Assembly (NCBI GenBank): GCA_038867615.1
Contig: JAWBYA010000005.1
Span: forward strand, 73,750-137,749
Reading direction: 5' to 3'
DNA from: Sulfolobales archaeon
Lineage (GTDB): Archaea; Thermoproteota; Thermoprotei_A; Sulfolobales; AG1
Length of the DNA: 64,000 nucleotides
Each line of letters starts with the position of its first letter. Within the stretch, counting starts at the first letter, position 1. This document shows, in pieces, positions 38,665 to 49,109 of the stretch. The notes below the pieces were generated by a model. It saw nothing but the letters and a program-made list of their open reading frames with translations. It was not told the DNA's origin and made no database searches. The translations under genes were made by a program, and so were the position numbers.

Positions 38665-39945
38665 TCACCTAGAAATAGATCTAAGGTGGATCTCGAACCC
38701 CTCCGAGAGAGCTATAGGGCTTATAGCCATTGCTATCTCCCTAAGATCTCCTAGAGATCCGTGGAACCTAACAGCCCTCCTAAGAGCAACAAAGTCCAGA
38801 ACAGAGAGCCCGCCCCTCCACCTAGCCCACGACATGGTGGGGAGAATATGGTTAGCTCCCGAGTAATAGTCATTCACAGCCGTTGATACACACCCGCTTA
38901 GCAACACACCGTAGTTCTTGATCATCCCCACGAGACCCTCATCCCCGCTACAGATCTCCACATGCTCAGGGGCTATTAGGTCTATGAAGCGGGCTGCCAG
39001 CACAGGGTTATCAGCAACAACCATGCTTAAGAGCCTCGAGACTCTCTCGAAAACCATGGATCCTGTTTCTCGGGAGAGTCTCTCAATAGATCTCGAGAGA
39101 TTCTCCGCGATAGAGTCGCTTGTTGTGACAGCTATTAGGAGAACCGAATCCCCATGCTCGGCCTGTGCAGCTAGATGCCAGGCTATATCATCCTCAGAGC
39201 CTTTCCTATCAACATATACTAGAAGCTCTGTCGGGCCTGCGAGCATATCGATCCCCACGTCTTTTGAAACAACATGCTTAGCCATCGTCACATAGATACC
39301 CCCTGGACCTGCTATCTTATCAACCCTCTCGATACTCTCGGTACCATATGCTAGCGCAGCTACACCATAGGGCCCGCCAACTCTATATACACCGTCAAAG
39401 CCAGCGATCGCTAGGGCAGCCATCATAGTATTGTTGAGGGCTTTTGGTGGGAGGAATGCTACGAGCCTCTCAACACCGGCTTCTCTAGCAACAGTTCCAC
39501 ACATAATAGCTGTGGATATATATGGCACCACGCCTCCCGGGACATAGCATGCCGCCCTACTCACTGGTTTAAAGAAGATCTCTATGGATATACCGTTGCC
39601 GGCGTCAACTAACCACCGCTCCTTGAGAATGCTTACTAGGGGTTGCTCGGCGATCCTTATCCTCTTTGAGAGCTCTCTGAGAGAGCTTACCACACTTCTA
39701 TCGACCTTCCCAACGCTTGCCTCTAGATCCTTTCTATCGATATATAGATCTTTTCTCGATAGCCTCACACCATCGAGCTTCTCAGCATATTCTATAACAG
39801 CCTCATCGCCCCTCTGCCTAACATCACTAACTATCCTCCTCACCCTCTCCTCAACATCCTCTACATCGATTCTCGACCTAATAACCCTGGCTATCCTCTC
39901 AACATCAGCCTCACTAGCTATCCTTAACACCCTCAAAACCCCCAC
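38665..39945 (-). CDS. hisD: Histidinol dehydrogenase
   Basis: YVPGG, IDMLAGPTE, QAEH, APEH and GANHILPT. Confidence 0.96.
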   Translation of the reverse strand: MGVLRVLRIASEADVERIARVIRSRIDVEDVEERVRRIVSDVRQRGDEAVIEYAEKLDGVRLSRKDLYIDRKDLEASVGKVDRSVVSSLRELSKRIRIAEQPLVSILKERWLVDAGNGISIEIFFKPVSRAACYVPGGVVPYISTAIMCGTVAREAGVERLVAFLPPKALNNTMMAALAIAGFDGVYRVGGPYGVAALAYGTESIERVDKIAGPGGIYVTMAKHVVSKDVGIDMLAGPTELLVYVDRKGSEDDIAWHLAAQAEHGDSVLLIAVTTSDSIAENLSRSIERLSRETGSMVFERVSRLLSMVVADNPVLAARFIDLIAPEHVEICSGDEGLVGMIKNYGVLLSGCVSTAVNDYYSGANHILPTMSWARWRGGLSVLDFVALRRAVRFHGSLGDLREIAMAISPIALSEGFEIHLRSISR

Positions 39946-40921
39946 CCACGCCTATGTTGTCGAGCGGTATCACGAGCCTCGGTTCATATACGACTAATCC
40001 CTGCGCGAGTCTCCTCAATACAGGCATGATCCTTATGAGATCGTCTTTACCAACCACAGTGTTTATCGCAACCCACTCAGGATCTGCTAGAGGACTTATA
40101 GTCGGGCTCTTGAGTGCTGGGAGGGTTTTCAGAAGCTCTTCTAGGTTTTTCTTCTTAACATTGATGAATATATGGTATCTAGATCTTGCATCTATAACTC
40201 CCCTCATTATAGCCACTATATCGGAGATCTTCTCCCTCTTAACAGGATCTCTGAGAGATCCTGGGCTTGCTATCAGCACAGCCTGTGATTCTAGAACCAT
40301 ATCGATCGCTTCTAACCCGTTGCTCTCCAACGTAGTCCCGGTTTCTGAAACATCTATGATAGCATCAGCCTCTTCAGGAGGCTTCGCCTCTGTAGCTCCG
40401 AAGGATAGTATCACCTGAACCATGGTATTATCACCCCACCTGCTCCAGGGAGTTATTACAAGTGGTCTTGATGATCCATAGTACTTTTTATAACTCTCCC
40501 TACTGGAGATAAACCTAGAGGCTGTGTTGAGATACTCGGTAGAGATCCTCAAGATCCTTTTCTCCTCTGCAAACCTCTTAACAAGATCTTCAGCACTCCT
40601 GTACCCAGATCCTCTTGGTACTGCGAGGACTAGCTTAACCCTCCCTATCCCTAGCTCTAGGAGAGGCCTAACCTTATCCTCAACCCCCTGCTCCAGAACC
40701 CAATCGATCCCTGTGATCCCTATGTCGTATAGCCCTTCGTAAACATATATCGGGATCTCCTGGGGCCTCAGGATCTTAACGCATATATCGGGATCGCTTG
40801 CTATTATAGGTCTATAGCTCCTCTCCTTACCTATCAGTGTGTAGCCAGCTCTCTCGAGAAAATCATAGACCGTCTTCTCGAGAGATCCCTTGGGTATAGC
40901 GAGTTTAACGAGGCATGCAAT
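39914..40921 (-). CDS. hisG: ATP phosphoribosyltransferase (long form), start non-canonical or frameshifted
   Basis: Frame is open far upstream of the tracked TTG (40552): IACLVKLAIPKGSLE...LRPQEIPIYV...DIGITGIDW. Also GATE and ETGTTL motifs and a C-terminal regulatory domain. Confidence 0.9.
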   Translation of the reverse strand: MACLVKLAIPKGSLEKTVYDFLERAGYTLIGKERSYRPIIASDPDICVKILRPQEIPIYVYEGLYDIGITGIDWVLEQGVEDKVRPLLELGIGRVKLVLAVPRGSGYRSAEDLVKRFAEEKRILRISTEYLNTASRFISSRESYKKYYGSSRPLVITPWSRWGDNTMVQVILSFGATEAKPPEEADAIIDVSETGTTLESNGLEAIDMVLESQAVLIASPGSLRDPVKREKISDIVAIMRGVIDARSRYHIFINVKKKNLEELLKTLPALKSPTISPLADPEWVAINTVVGKDDLIRIMPVLRRLAQGLVVYEPRLVIPLDNIGVGGGFEGVKDS

Positions 40922-41114
40922 AACGAACCACCCCGGATGTTCTATATGTTTTCTCGATGATCCTCTCTCTAATGTTTATTTCTGGGCTTCTTCTCATCAA
41001 AGATCTAGGTGTGAATACACATCCCTGACGCCTTGTAGAAAAGGCTATGGATGCTTATAAGCATTTCGCCTACTGTATTTATTAATCGCCCTGTATTTTC
41101 TCTGGTGGTGAGCC

Positions 41115-41879
41115 ATGTCATCCTTCGTATCGATAGAGCCTAAGGTTTCCCTCGTCTTCAGCGATATCAAGGTTCCCAAGGCTATTGTTGATTCCCTCAA
41201 AGGGCTTGTTGACGAGGTTTTGGTTACTATAGATAGCAGTGGTTTTCGCCTCACAGCTCTCGACCCTGCCAAGGTATCGATGCTCACTCTAGAGATACCC
41301 TCGAGCGCCTTTCTGGAGCTTAGGGTTGACAGGGAGCTCTCTCTAGGAATATCTATGCAGAATCTAGAACTAACCCTAGAGGGTGTTAAGAAGAACGAGA
41401 GGTACGTCTTGGCAAGCGATGGTGAGTTCATAGAAGTTGTTATAGAGGGTCTTCCCACGAGGAGATTTAAGTTTAGAAGCATAGAGCTCCCAAGCGAGGT
41501 ACCAAGCATAGATGTTCAATACGATGTTGACGCTATAATAGGTATAGATCCCTTCAAACTCGCGATCAAGGATATAGCATCGATAGGATCCTACGCCCTT
41601 CTCAGGGCGGAGAACGAGGAGGCCCTCGAGATCATGGAGGCCTCTACCAAGAGGGGTCTTGCAAGGCTTACAAGAGCCTCTGGGGCTTTAATAGATCTAA
41701 GGGTTAACAGACCCTCGAGCTGCTCCTACGAGATCAGCTATATAGAGAAGGTCCTATCCCTAGCCAAGCTGGCATCACAGCTACAGGCAAGCTTCTCCAA
41801 CGACTCCCCACTCAGACTGATATTCCCCCTCGTTATGGGGGGTACGGCTACCTTCTACCTAGCGCCCCAGGCTGTGTAG
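41115..41879 (+). CDS. pcn: PCNA sliding clamp subunit
   Basis: LTALDPAKVSM, FSNDSPL and TFYLAP. Confidence 0.93.
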   Translation: MSSFVSIEPKVSLVFSDIKVPKAIVDSLKGLVDEVLVTIDSSGFRLTALDPAKVSMLTLEIPSSAFLELRVDRELSLGISMQNLELTLEGVKKNERYVLASDGEFIEVVIEGLPTRRFKFRSIELPSEVPSIDVQYDVDAIIGIDPFKLAIKDIASIGSYALLRAENEEALEIMEASTKRGLARLTRASGALIDLRVNRPSSCSYEISYIEKVLSLAKLASQLQASFSNDSPLRLIFPLVMGGTATFYLAPQAV

Positions 41880-41883
41880 CAGC

Positions 41884-42456
41884 ATGAAGATCTATGTGGA
41901 GCATCTTGAAGAGGAGCTGGGGAGATGGTTATTAGCCGAGTATAGGAACAGCTATAGGATCGCTGGGGATCTTCTCCTAATAACAGGGGCCGAGATACCA
42001 GGGATCCCTAGCACAGCAAAAAGGATCCACGAGATCGCGGATCCCTCAAGGCTCGTAATACTAGACCCCCAAGCTGAGGAGGAGCTCAAGCCAGAGGATC
42101 TCCTGGGATGCGATGGCGTTGTAATAGGCGGGATCCTTGGCTCACACCCTCCCCTCGGAAGGACTAAGAAGCTCCTCTCAGACAGGCTTCCCAAGGCGGT
42201 TAAGAGAAACATAGGAAGGCATCAGTTCTCAATAGATGGGAGCGTCTATATAGCCCTACAGATCATTAGGGGTAAGAGGCTCAGAGACATACCATTCACC
42301 GTGGGTGTCACGATAAAGAGGAAGCTAGGCCCTGTGGAACACGAGATCCACCTCCCATACGCCTACCCCTTGGTAGATGGAAGACCACTATTATCAGAAG
42401 AACTCATAGAACTTCTAGTCGGGTCAAGCAACTATGTCGTTGAATACCACATATAG
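41884..42456 (+). CDS. SPOUT-type SAM-dependent methyltransferase (DUF431/Sfm1-like)
   Basis: VEHLE, LDPQAEEEL, IGGILGSHPP and QFSIDG. Confidence 0.85.
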   Translation: MKIYVEHLEEELGRWLLAEYRNSYRIAGDLLLITGAEIPGIPSTAKRIHEIADPSRLVILDPQAEEELKPEDLLGCDGVVIGGILGSHPPLGRTKKLLSDRLPKAVKRNIGRHQFSIDGSVYIALQIIRGKRLRDIPFTVGVTIKRKLGPVEHEIHLPYAYPLVDGRPLLSEELIELLVGSSNYVVEYHI

Positions 42457-42669
42457 ACCTGTAATCTAGCCGTTCTCATCGGTCATCAACATCACCATGG
42501 GCAGAAGGATCATAGAGGTCTGGATTTCATAACACTAAACCCACATCAGTATTAATTACTATGAAAAACACCAAAGACCCATAGCTCGGAACCCAAGCTA
42601 AGGTGAGTATATATAATAGTTAAGTATAATAATATAATAGTTATATATAAAATCCTTCTAGCAGTAGTA

Positions 42670-43365
42670 GTGGGGGTTGGTGCTCTGAAAAGGATATTTG
42701 ACAGGATATCCCCAAAGACGCCTGAAAGAGAGATGTTTGATACTCTTGTCAAGCACCTCGACATATCGCTCAAGGCCCTAGACACGGCATACGAGATGGT
42801 TTCTGGTCGCTGCAAAGATCCTGGCGAGGCTGCTGAGAGGGCCAACGAGGTCCTTCTGATGGAGAGGGAGGCTGACGAGCTTGCCGAGGATCTGTTTGTA
42901 AAGATCATCAAGGGATCCATGCCTCCCGTCATAGTCTCAGAGCTCCAATACCTAGTCGATAAGACAGACGACATAATGGATCACATATACTTCATCGGAA
43001 TGGAGATGTCCAGAGCCTATCGCAACGGCCTTACCCAGAACCAGCTTCTAGGACAGATCTACTCCGATATAGGGTTGATGATGAGCCTTGCAAAATCCGG
43101 TTTGAAAAAACTGCGAGAGCTATATGTAAAGGCTTTTAGAGATAGAGAAACCACCTTGAAGTTGAAGGCCGAGATAGACGTGATCGAGGATAAGATAGAC
43201 GAGGTGAAAAACCAGGTTCTTAACAAGATCTACGAGGGTGGGGGTCTAAAGCCTATAGAGATATTCCACGCAATACAGCTTATAAGAACAGTCGACGATA
43301 TAGCTGACGCCACAGAAGATGCTGCCCACGCGGTGGTGAGGCTTGAAAGCTCTATTATATCGTAA
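42670..43365 (+). CDS. DUF47/PhoU-like phosphate transport regulator
   Basis: EREADE, DDIMD, EDKID and DDIADATED repeats. Confidence 0.88.
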   Translation: MGVGALKRIFDRISPKTPEREMFDTLVKHLDISLKALDTAYEMVSGRCKDPGEAAERANEVLLMEREADELAEDLFVKIIKGSMPPVIVSELQYLVDKTDDIMDHIYFIGMEMSRAYRNGLTQNQLLGQIYSDIGLMMSLAKSGLKKLRELYVKAFRDRETTLKLKAEIDVIEDKIDEVKNQVLNKIYEGGGLKPIEIFHAIQLIRTVDDIADATEDAAHAVVRLESSIIS

Positions 43366-43381
43366 ACATGCTAGGGAAAAG

Positions 43382-44839
43382 CTAGCCCTTAGCAACCCCT
43401 ATTGGTCTAAGCCTTGCAACTAGCTTCGCTATCTTAACCCTATCAGCTACAAGGGCTACTTTATCAACATCCTTATAGGCTCCTGGAGCCTCTTCCGATA
43501 CTATCCTTGCATCAACAGCCCTCACATATATCCCTCTCCTGCTCAGCTCGTTTATAACCTGGCTCGCTGGATAGCTCCTAACAGCCCCAGCCCTGCTCAT
43601 CCACCTCCCAGCACCGTGTGGTGCTGAGTAGAATGTCCTTATACTCTCAGGTATCCCCACCATAACGAAGCTCCCAGACCCCATGCTACCTGGTATTAGA
43701 ACAACCTGCCCTGTCTCCTGGTGCTCTTTAGGTATCTCCGGATGACCTGGTGGGAAAGCCCTGGTGGCTCCCTTTCTATGAACAACAACCTTTCTCCTCT
43801 TCCCATCTATATCGTACTCCTCTATCTTTGCTATATTATGGGCCACGTCGTAGATTATGCTTAGATCTAGTTTATCGGGATCGACGTGGAACACCTGCCT
43901 AAAACTCTCCCTAACCCAGTGGGTTATGAGCTGCCTGTTAGTGAAGGCAAAGTTAGCCGCAGCCCCCATGGCTTGGAAATAGTCCTGTGCCTCTTTAGTA
44001 TTGAATGGCACGGATGCGAGCTCCCTGTCAGGCGGGTTGACGCCGTATTTCTTCATAGCCCTCTCCATGATCATTAGATAGTCGCTAGCAACCTGGTGCC
44101 CAAGCCCTCTAGATCCGCAGTGGGCCATCACAACAACCTGACCCTCGCTGAATATCCCGAGCTTCTTAGCGATAGTGGGGTCGAAGACCTTGTCGACGAC
44201 CTGGACCTCGAGGAAGTGGTTCCCAGCACCAAGCGTCCCCAGCTGCTCCTTACCCCTATCCTTAGCTGTTTTGGAAACCTTGTCAGGGTTAGCCCAGTCT
44301 ATAAAGCCCCTCGACTCTATATGGTATTTATCATCAGCCCATCCATAGCCCTTCTGTATAGCCCAGTCAACACCCATGCTGAGCACGTTGTTTATATCCT
44401 GCACAGACACCCTGATCTTACCCTCAGCACCAACCCCGCTGGGGATGTTCTCGAAAAGAGTGTCTACAAGCTCCTTAAGCTTCGGCCTAACATCCTTCTC
44501 CATAAGGTTTGTCCTTATAAGCCTAACACCACAGTTAATATCATACCCAACACCTCCAGGGCTTATCACACCCTCATCGACATCGAAAGCAGCAACACCG
44601 CCTATGGGGAAGCCATAGCCCTGATGCCCGTCAGGCATTACATATACCTTACCAACAACACCTGGGAGTGTTGCTACATTAGCACCCTGTACTAGGGTCA
44701 TATCCTCCCTCATCTTCTTTATAAGAAACTCATCGCCAAACACAATAACATCTGTCCTCATACCAGGCCTAGCACCCTTAGGTATGATCCATGTATACTC
44801 GTCTGGACCTCTCTCGATCCTTATCGACACGACATCCAC
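43382..44839 (-). CDS. rtcB: RNA-splicing ligase RtcB
   Basis: MPDGHQGYGFPIGG, GYDINCG, GNHFLE, HRKGAT and HGAGR. No intein. Confidence 0.97.
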   Translation of the reverse strand: MDVVSIRIERGPDEYTWIIPKGARPGMRTDVIVFGDEFLIKKMREDMTLVQGANVATLPGVVGKVYVMPDGHQGYGFPIGGVAAFDVDEGVISPGGVGYDINCGVRLIRTNLMEKDVRPKLKELVDTLFENIPSGVGAEGKIRVSVQDINNVLSMGVDWAIQKGYGWADDKYHIESRGFIDWANPDKVSKTAKDRGKEQLGTLGAGNHFLEVQVVDKVFDPTIAKKLGIFSEGQVVVMAHCGSRGLGHQVASDYLMIMERAMKKYGVNPPDRELASVPFNTKEAQDYFQAMGAAANFAFTNRQLITHWVRESFRQVFHVDPDKLDLSIIYDVAHNIAKIEEYDIDGKRRKVVVHRKGATRAFPPGHPEIPKEHQETGQVVLIPGSMGSGSFVMVGIPESIRTFYSAPHGAGRWMSRAGAVRSYPASQVINELSRRGIYVRAVDARIVSEEAPGAYKDVDKVALVADRVKIAKLVARLRPIGVAKG

Positions 44840-45019
44840 CTAATTATATTGCCCACAGCACCTTTTATCCTTATATATCATTATAGAGGTTCATACGGGG
44901 TTCAGACCCCATAGCGTTGATACCTCAGAATGCTCTTCTTCACATAACTATTACGCCCATATCATAGAATAAAGAATAAAACCTATAGCGTGTTGAGGAG
45001 AAAGCTCTATGCTGCTCTA

Positions 45020-46180
45020 CTAGTATCTAATAATCCTGGAGGGCTTTGTCAAGACCTCGGCTCCCTTGCTTGTCACCACCAACAATTCCTCGAGCCTGAT
45101 ACCAAACCTTCCTGGTATATATACCCCGGGCTCTATTGTCACCACATACCCTTCTCTAAGCTCATCGTTAGAAGATCTTGATAGGAGGGGTGGTTCGTGA
45201 ACCTCGACACCAACACCGTGTCCCAGCGCGTGTATAAAGTATCTACCATAGCCCTTCTTCTCAAGAACCTTTCTTGCCGCCTCATCAACCTCCGAGGCCT
45301 TGACTCCGGGGCTTACCTTCTCTATAGCTGTGTTGAGGGCTTCCTCAACAGCCTCTAGGGCTCTCAACTCTTCTGAACCAACACCGCCTCCCACAAGCAT
45401 CCTTGTCATGTCGGATACGTATCCTGAGTATACCGCCCCCATATCTATGACCACAACATCTCTCGACGAGATCCTCCTATCCCCTGGCTCTGCGTGTGGG
45501 TAAGAGGCATTCGGGCCTGAAGCCACTATCGTTGGGAATGCATACCCGTCAGAGCCATGTATTCTCAATGCTCTATCAAGCATCCCAGCCAGCTCCCTCT
45601 CACTCATACCCTCCCTAACGCTTCCTGTAACTTCCATGAATGCCTTTGACGCTATCTCGGCGGATCTCGATATAGCCTCGATCTCGCTTTTTGTCTTCAA
45701 AGCCCTGATCCTTGAGAGATCTTCTGAGAGATCTATGCATCTACCCGAGAGGATCTCGAGAAGTCTTTTGCCCAGGTATGAGTAGTCACACCCAAAGGCC
45801 CCCTTAGCACCTAGCTCCTTTTTAATAATCTCCTCAACGCCTCCCCTTATGAGGGGCATATCTTCTGGAGGCTCCACCGGGTATCTCTGATAAGCTATAA
45901 CCTCTACATCCTTAACCCTGGATACGTGATCCCTGATCCTCGTGTATTCGAGCACAGGCACATAGACCCTGGCCTTTCTATCACTGATAACAGTGATCGC
46001 TGAAACCCCTTTCCCCAAGAACCACCTATTCATAGACTCGCTCGCGATTAGAAGCCCTCTTAGAGAGAGCTCTTCGACCAGTGATGAGACCCTTGATAGC
46101 TTCTCCTCAAGGATCCTTACCGCAATCCCGCTTTCCATCAATATACACCGAGATATATCTTGTGAGGACTTATTTACCAA
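45020..46180 (-). CDS. Xaa-Pro aminopeptidase (M24B)
   Basis: DMG, SDMTR, HALGHGVGVEVHE, EPG and RLE. Start may be 46138. Confidence 0.93.
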   Translation of the reverse strand: MVNKSSQDISRCILMESGIAVRILEEKLSRVSSLVEELSLRGLLIASESMNRWFLGKGVSAITVISDRKARVYVPVLEYTRIRDHVSRVKDVEVIAYQRYPVEPPEDMPLIRGGVEEIIKKELGAKGAFGCDYSYLGKRLLEILSGRCIDLSEDLSRIRALKTKSEIEAISRSAEIASKAFMEVTGSVREGMSERELAGMLDRALRIHGSDGYAFPTIVASGPNASYPHAEPGDRRISSRDVVVIDMGAVYSGYVSDMTRMLVGGGVGSEELRALEAVEEALNTAIEKVSPGVKASEVDEAARKVLEKKGYGRYFIHALGHGVGVEVHEPPLLSRSSNDELREGYVVTIEPGVYIPGRFGIRLEELLVVTSKGAEVLTKPSRIIRY

Positions 46181-46212
46181 CCATGATGAGTTCCTATAGC
46201 ATATAACGAGAA

Positions 46213-46602
46213 TTACTGCTGGAGGTTAAAAGGCTTACCGCTTCTAAGGATCTCCTCGGGGATTTTGTCTCTATATTTTTTAAGGAACTCCCTATCCTCT
46301 CCCTCGTTTCTATACATGTCTGGAAGCATCCTCGGGATCTCATCGATCACTGGGTACCATCTCCCACACTTCCTACAATAGATCACCGCTGTGGCTATCT
46401 CTATAGCTATGCACTCCTCACACGGTGTCTCCACCTTCTCTTTCGAGAGGTCTTTTTTGAGATAGCTGCACCAGAGCTCACATAAAGGCTTACTCCTACT
46501 CAGCTCTCTCTTCTGGTGCTTCTTCTCCTCAATAACTATCAACTCTAGGGGGAAGTTTTTACACATAGGGCATGCGAGTAGATCTACGAGTCTGTATTTC
46601 AT
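46213..46602 (-). CDS. Trm112 family methyltransferase activator
   Basis: LLACPMCK and CRKCGRWYPVIDEIPRML. Confidence 0.92.
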   Translation of the reverse strand: MKYRLVDLLACPMCKNFPLELIVIEEKKHQKRELSRSKPLCELWCSYLKKDLSKEKVETPCEECIAIEIATAVIYCRKCGRWYPVIDEIPRMLPDMYRNEGEDREFLKKYRDKIPEEILRSGKPFNLQQ

Positions 46603-47963
46603 CCAACAACCCCCCTTATTACTGAGAGAAGCTCGTTAAGTATCCTATCACCCTCATCTCTGCTAATAGCCTCCATCATGATCCTCACCACAGGCTCTGT
46701 ACCAGAGGGTCTTACGAGGAACCAGCCTGTTTTGAGGTTAACCCTAACACCATCTATATTTATGGTATCACCACCCCTATACGCCTCCCTAACAGCCTCG
46801 ACAACCTTGAGAGCCTTATCCCTATCCATTGGGATCTTGGTCTTGACTATATAGACTCTGGGGATTTGGGAGAAGAGCTGGGAAGCCTTCTCACCAGAAT
46901 AAGCCATTGCCTCGAGGAAGAGAGCGGATTTGGCCCCGCCATCCCTTATGGATAAGTGCTCGGGATACACAAAACCCCCGTTCTCCTCAAAAGCACACAT
47001 AGCCCCAGATCTCCTTATACCCTCGAAAAGCCTCTTTATACCAACAGCCGTGTATTCAACCTCAAAACCTCTCGACTTAAAGGCTCTTGCCACAAACTCC
47101 GAGGTCGATACAGCTGTAACGATCCTCCTAGGTTTCTTCGACCTCCCGCTCTCTGCGAGGTGTGTTGCTATTATAAAAGCACTCCTATCCCCCCAGTGGA
47201 TCTCACCGTCCTCCGATACAAAGATAGCCCTATCACCGTCGCTATCATGCCCAACACCCAGGTCTGCGCCCAACGCCCTCACAGCCCTCGAGAGATCTCC
47301 AAGAGTATCCGGGGTAGGTTCATAGGGTCTTGATGGCTGTGGCGAGGGGTTAGCGTTTATGGTGATAACCTTCACCCCAAGTCTTCTCATAATCTCTGGG
47401 GATGTGTGGGTTGTCACGCTATTAGCAGGATCGATCACAACCTTATACCCCTTCGAGGCTATTTTATCCCTATCCACGAGGGAAACGATCCTAGATATAT
47501 AGAGGTCGAGAACACCCCCAAGCTTTCTCACACTATGCCAAGCCTCAATATAGCTAGCCCTCCTGAACTTTGACTCGAAATACAGGGCCTCAACCTCCTC
47601 CTCAACACTATCGCTAACCTCAACACCATCAGGCCCCACTAGCTTTAATCCAACATACTCAGGGGGATTATGGCTTGCCGTGAACATAACCCCGCCATCA
47701 AAGCCCAGCTCCTTCACAGCCAGCTGGAGTGCGGGTGTAGGGATCTTCCCAGCATCGTAAACCTTAACCCCAGAGCTTATAAGACCAGAGACCCCTGCAT
47801 GGAGTATTGCTTCCGTACCGCCGCGATAGTCAGAGGCTATAAGGATCCTGGAGCCAGGGGCGAAGTAGCTCCCTATAGCCATACAGAGCCTGGCTGCCTC
47901 GACAACATCTAGCGTTTTGTTGAAAATACCTCTAACACCATCTGTCCCAAATAGCCTGGGCAT
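46599..47963 (-). CDS. Phosphoglucosamine/phosphomannomutase
   Basis: FGTDGVRG, TASHNP, DSDGDR and RPSGTEP. ATG at 47963 preferred. Confidence 0.95.
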   Translation of the reverse strand: MPRLFGTDGVRGIFNKTLDVVEAARLCMAIGSYFAPGSRILIASDYRGGTEAILHAGVSGLISSGVKVYDAGKIPTPALQLAVKELGFDGGVMFTASHNPPEYVGLKLVGPDGVEVSDSVEEEVEALYFESKFRRASYIEAWHSVRKLGGVLDLYISRIVSLVDRDKIASKGYKVVIDPANSVTTHTSPEIMRRLGVKVITINANPSPQPSRPYEPTPDTLGDLSRAVRALGADLGVGHDSDGDRAIFVSEDGEIHWGDRSAFIIATHLAESGRSKKPRRIVTAVSTSEFVARAFKSRGFEVEYTAVGIKRLFEGIRRSGAMCAFEENGGFVYPEHLSIRDGGAKSALFLEAMAYSGEKASQLFSQIPRVYIVKTKIPMDRDKALKVVEAVREAYRGGDTINIDGVRVNLKTGWFLVRPSGTEPVVRIMMEAISRDEGDRILNELLSVIRGVVG

Positions 47964-47999
47964 GGTTATCCAAACATTATCTCCCACGGGTGTTATATA

Positions 48000-49109
48000 T
48001 TGGGTTGGTGGATGGCTGGGATCGTTTGGTTCGATGCGCTAACATCTAAGCAGATACTCATAGCACTATCCCTCAAACGCTTCCTCCAGCCCCATGGATA
48101 CGATGTCCTGGTAACGGGGAGGAGGTACGACGCTATAGAGGGGATTGTAAGAGTCCTTGGAGTAGAGGTTCCACTCGTAGGAGGCTATGGCGGGGATGCC
48201 TATGAAAAGCTTAGGGAGGAGGTTTCGAGGATGGGGCTTCTCTTAGAAATACTCTCAGGGAGGGTTAGCGACCTTATAGCCGGGATCTCTTACCCAAACC
48301 CTGTTGAGGCTAGGATAGTCTATGGGTTGGGAAAACCCCTAGCAATTCTATCCGATACTCCTCACTCTATCCATGCCCACAGACTCACAGTACCCCTGGC
48401 ATCCTTTCTAATCCATAGCTGGTGTATAGATAGTGCTGAGTGGAAGCAATACCTATTACCCCACACAAGGCTTTATAGCTATCGCGGTGTTGACGAGCTC
48501 AGCTGGATCCTATATCTAGAGGAGATCCAGGATCAGAGGCACATAAGATCCCTAGGCCTTTCTGAAAGAGAGTATGTTGTTATAAGGCCTGAAGAGACCA
48601 AGGCCTCTTACTATGTGTGGAGGGATATGTGGGATCTGTGGATAAGGATCTCTGAGGATCTAGTTAAGAAGGGGTATAAGGTCGTAATCCTACCCAGATA
48701 TGGGGATCAGAGGGCATATATAGAGGAGAGGCTTAGAAACCATATAGAGAAGGAGAGGGTAATAATACCCACTGTCGAGAAAGCCATAGGCCCAGCCCTA
48801 GCCAAGCACGCCTTAGCAGTAATAACAGGGGGAGGGACTATTGCTAGAGAAGCAGCACTCTACGGAGTCCCGGGAGTAACCCTCTTCCCCCTAGAGCTCC
48901 CGGTGGATAGATGCCTCTCATCCCTGGGCCTCCCCATAAAGAGAGCATCAAGCGTAGAAGAGATCATGAGTATTATAGATAATGCTGAGAATGATATAGA
49001 GCTATTTATCGCCAAGGCTAAAGAGATCATAGCTAATATGGAGCCTCCTCAAAAAACCCTGCTAGAGATCCTCAGGGAGGTTGAGAACCGTGGAGGGGGA
49101 GGGTGCTAG
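48000..49109 (+). CDS. DUF354 (GT-B fold) protein
   Basis: VWFDALTSKQ, RPEETKASY and GGGTIAREAALYG. Confidence 0.88.
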   Translation: MGWWMAGIVWFDALTSKQILIALSLKRFLQPHGYDVLVTGRRYDAIEGIVRVLGVEVPLVGGYGGDAYEKLREEVSRMGLLLEILSGRVSDLIAGISYPNPVEARIVYGLGKPLAILSDTPHSIHAHRLTVPLASFLIHSWCIDSAEWKQYLLPHTRLYSYRGVDELSWILYLEEIQDQRHIRSLGLSEREYVVIRPEETKASYYVWRDMWDLWIRISEDLVKKGYKVVILPRYGDQRAYIEERLRNHIEKERVIIPTVEKAIGPALAKHALAVITGGGTIAREAALYGVPGVTLFPLELPVDRCLSSLGLPIKRASSVEEIMSIIDNAENDIELFIAKAKEIIANMEPPQKTLLEILREVENRGGGGC

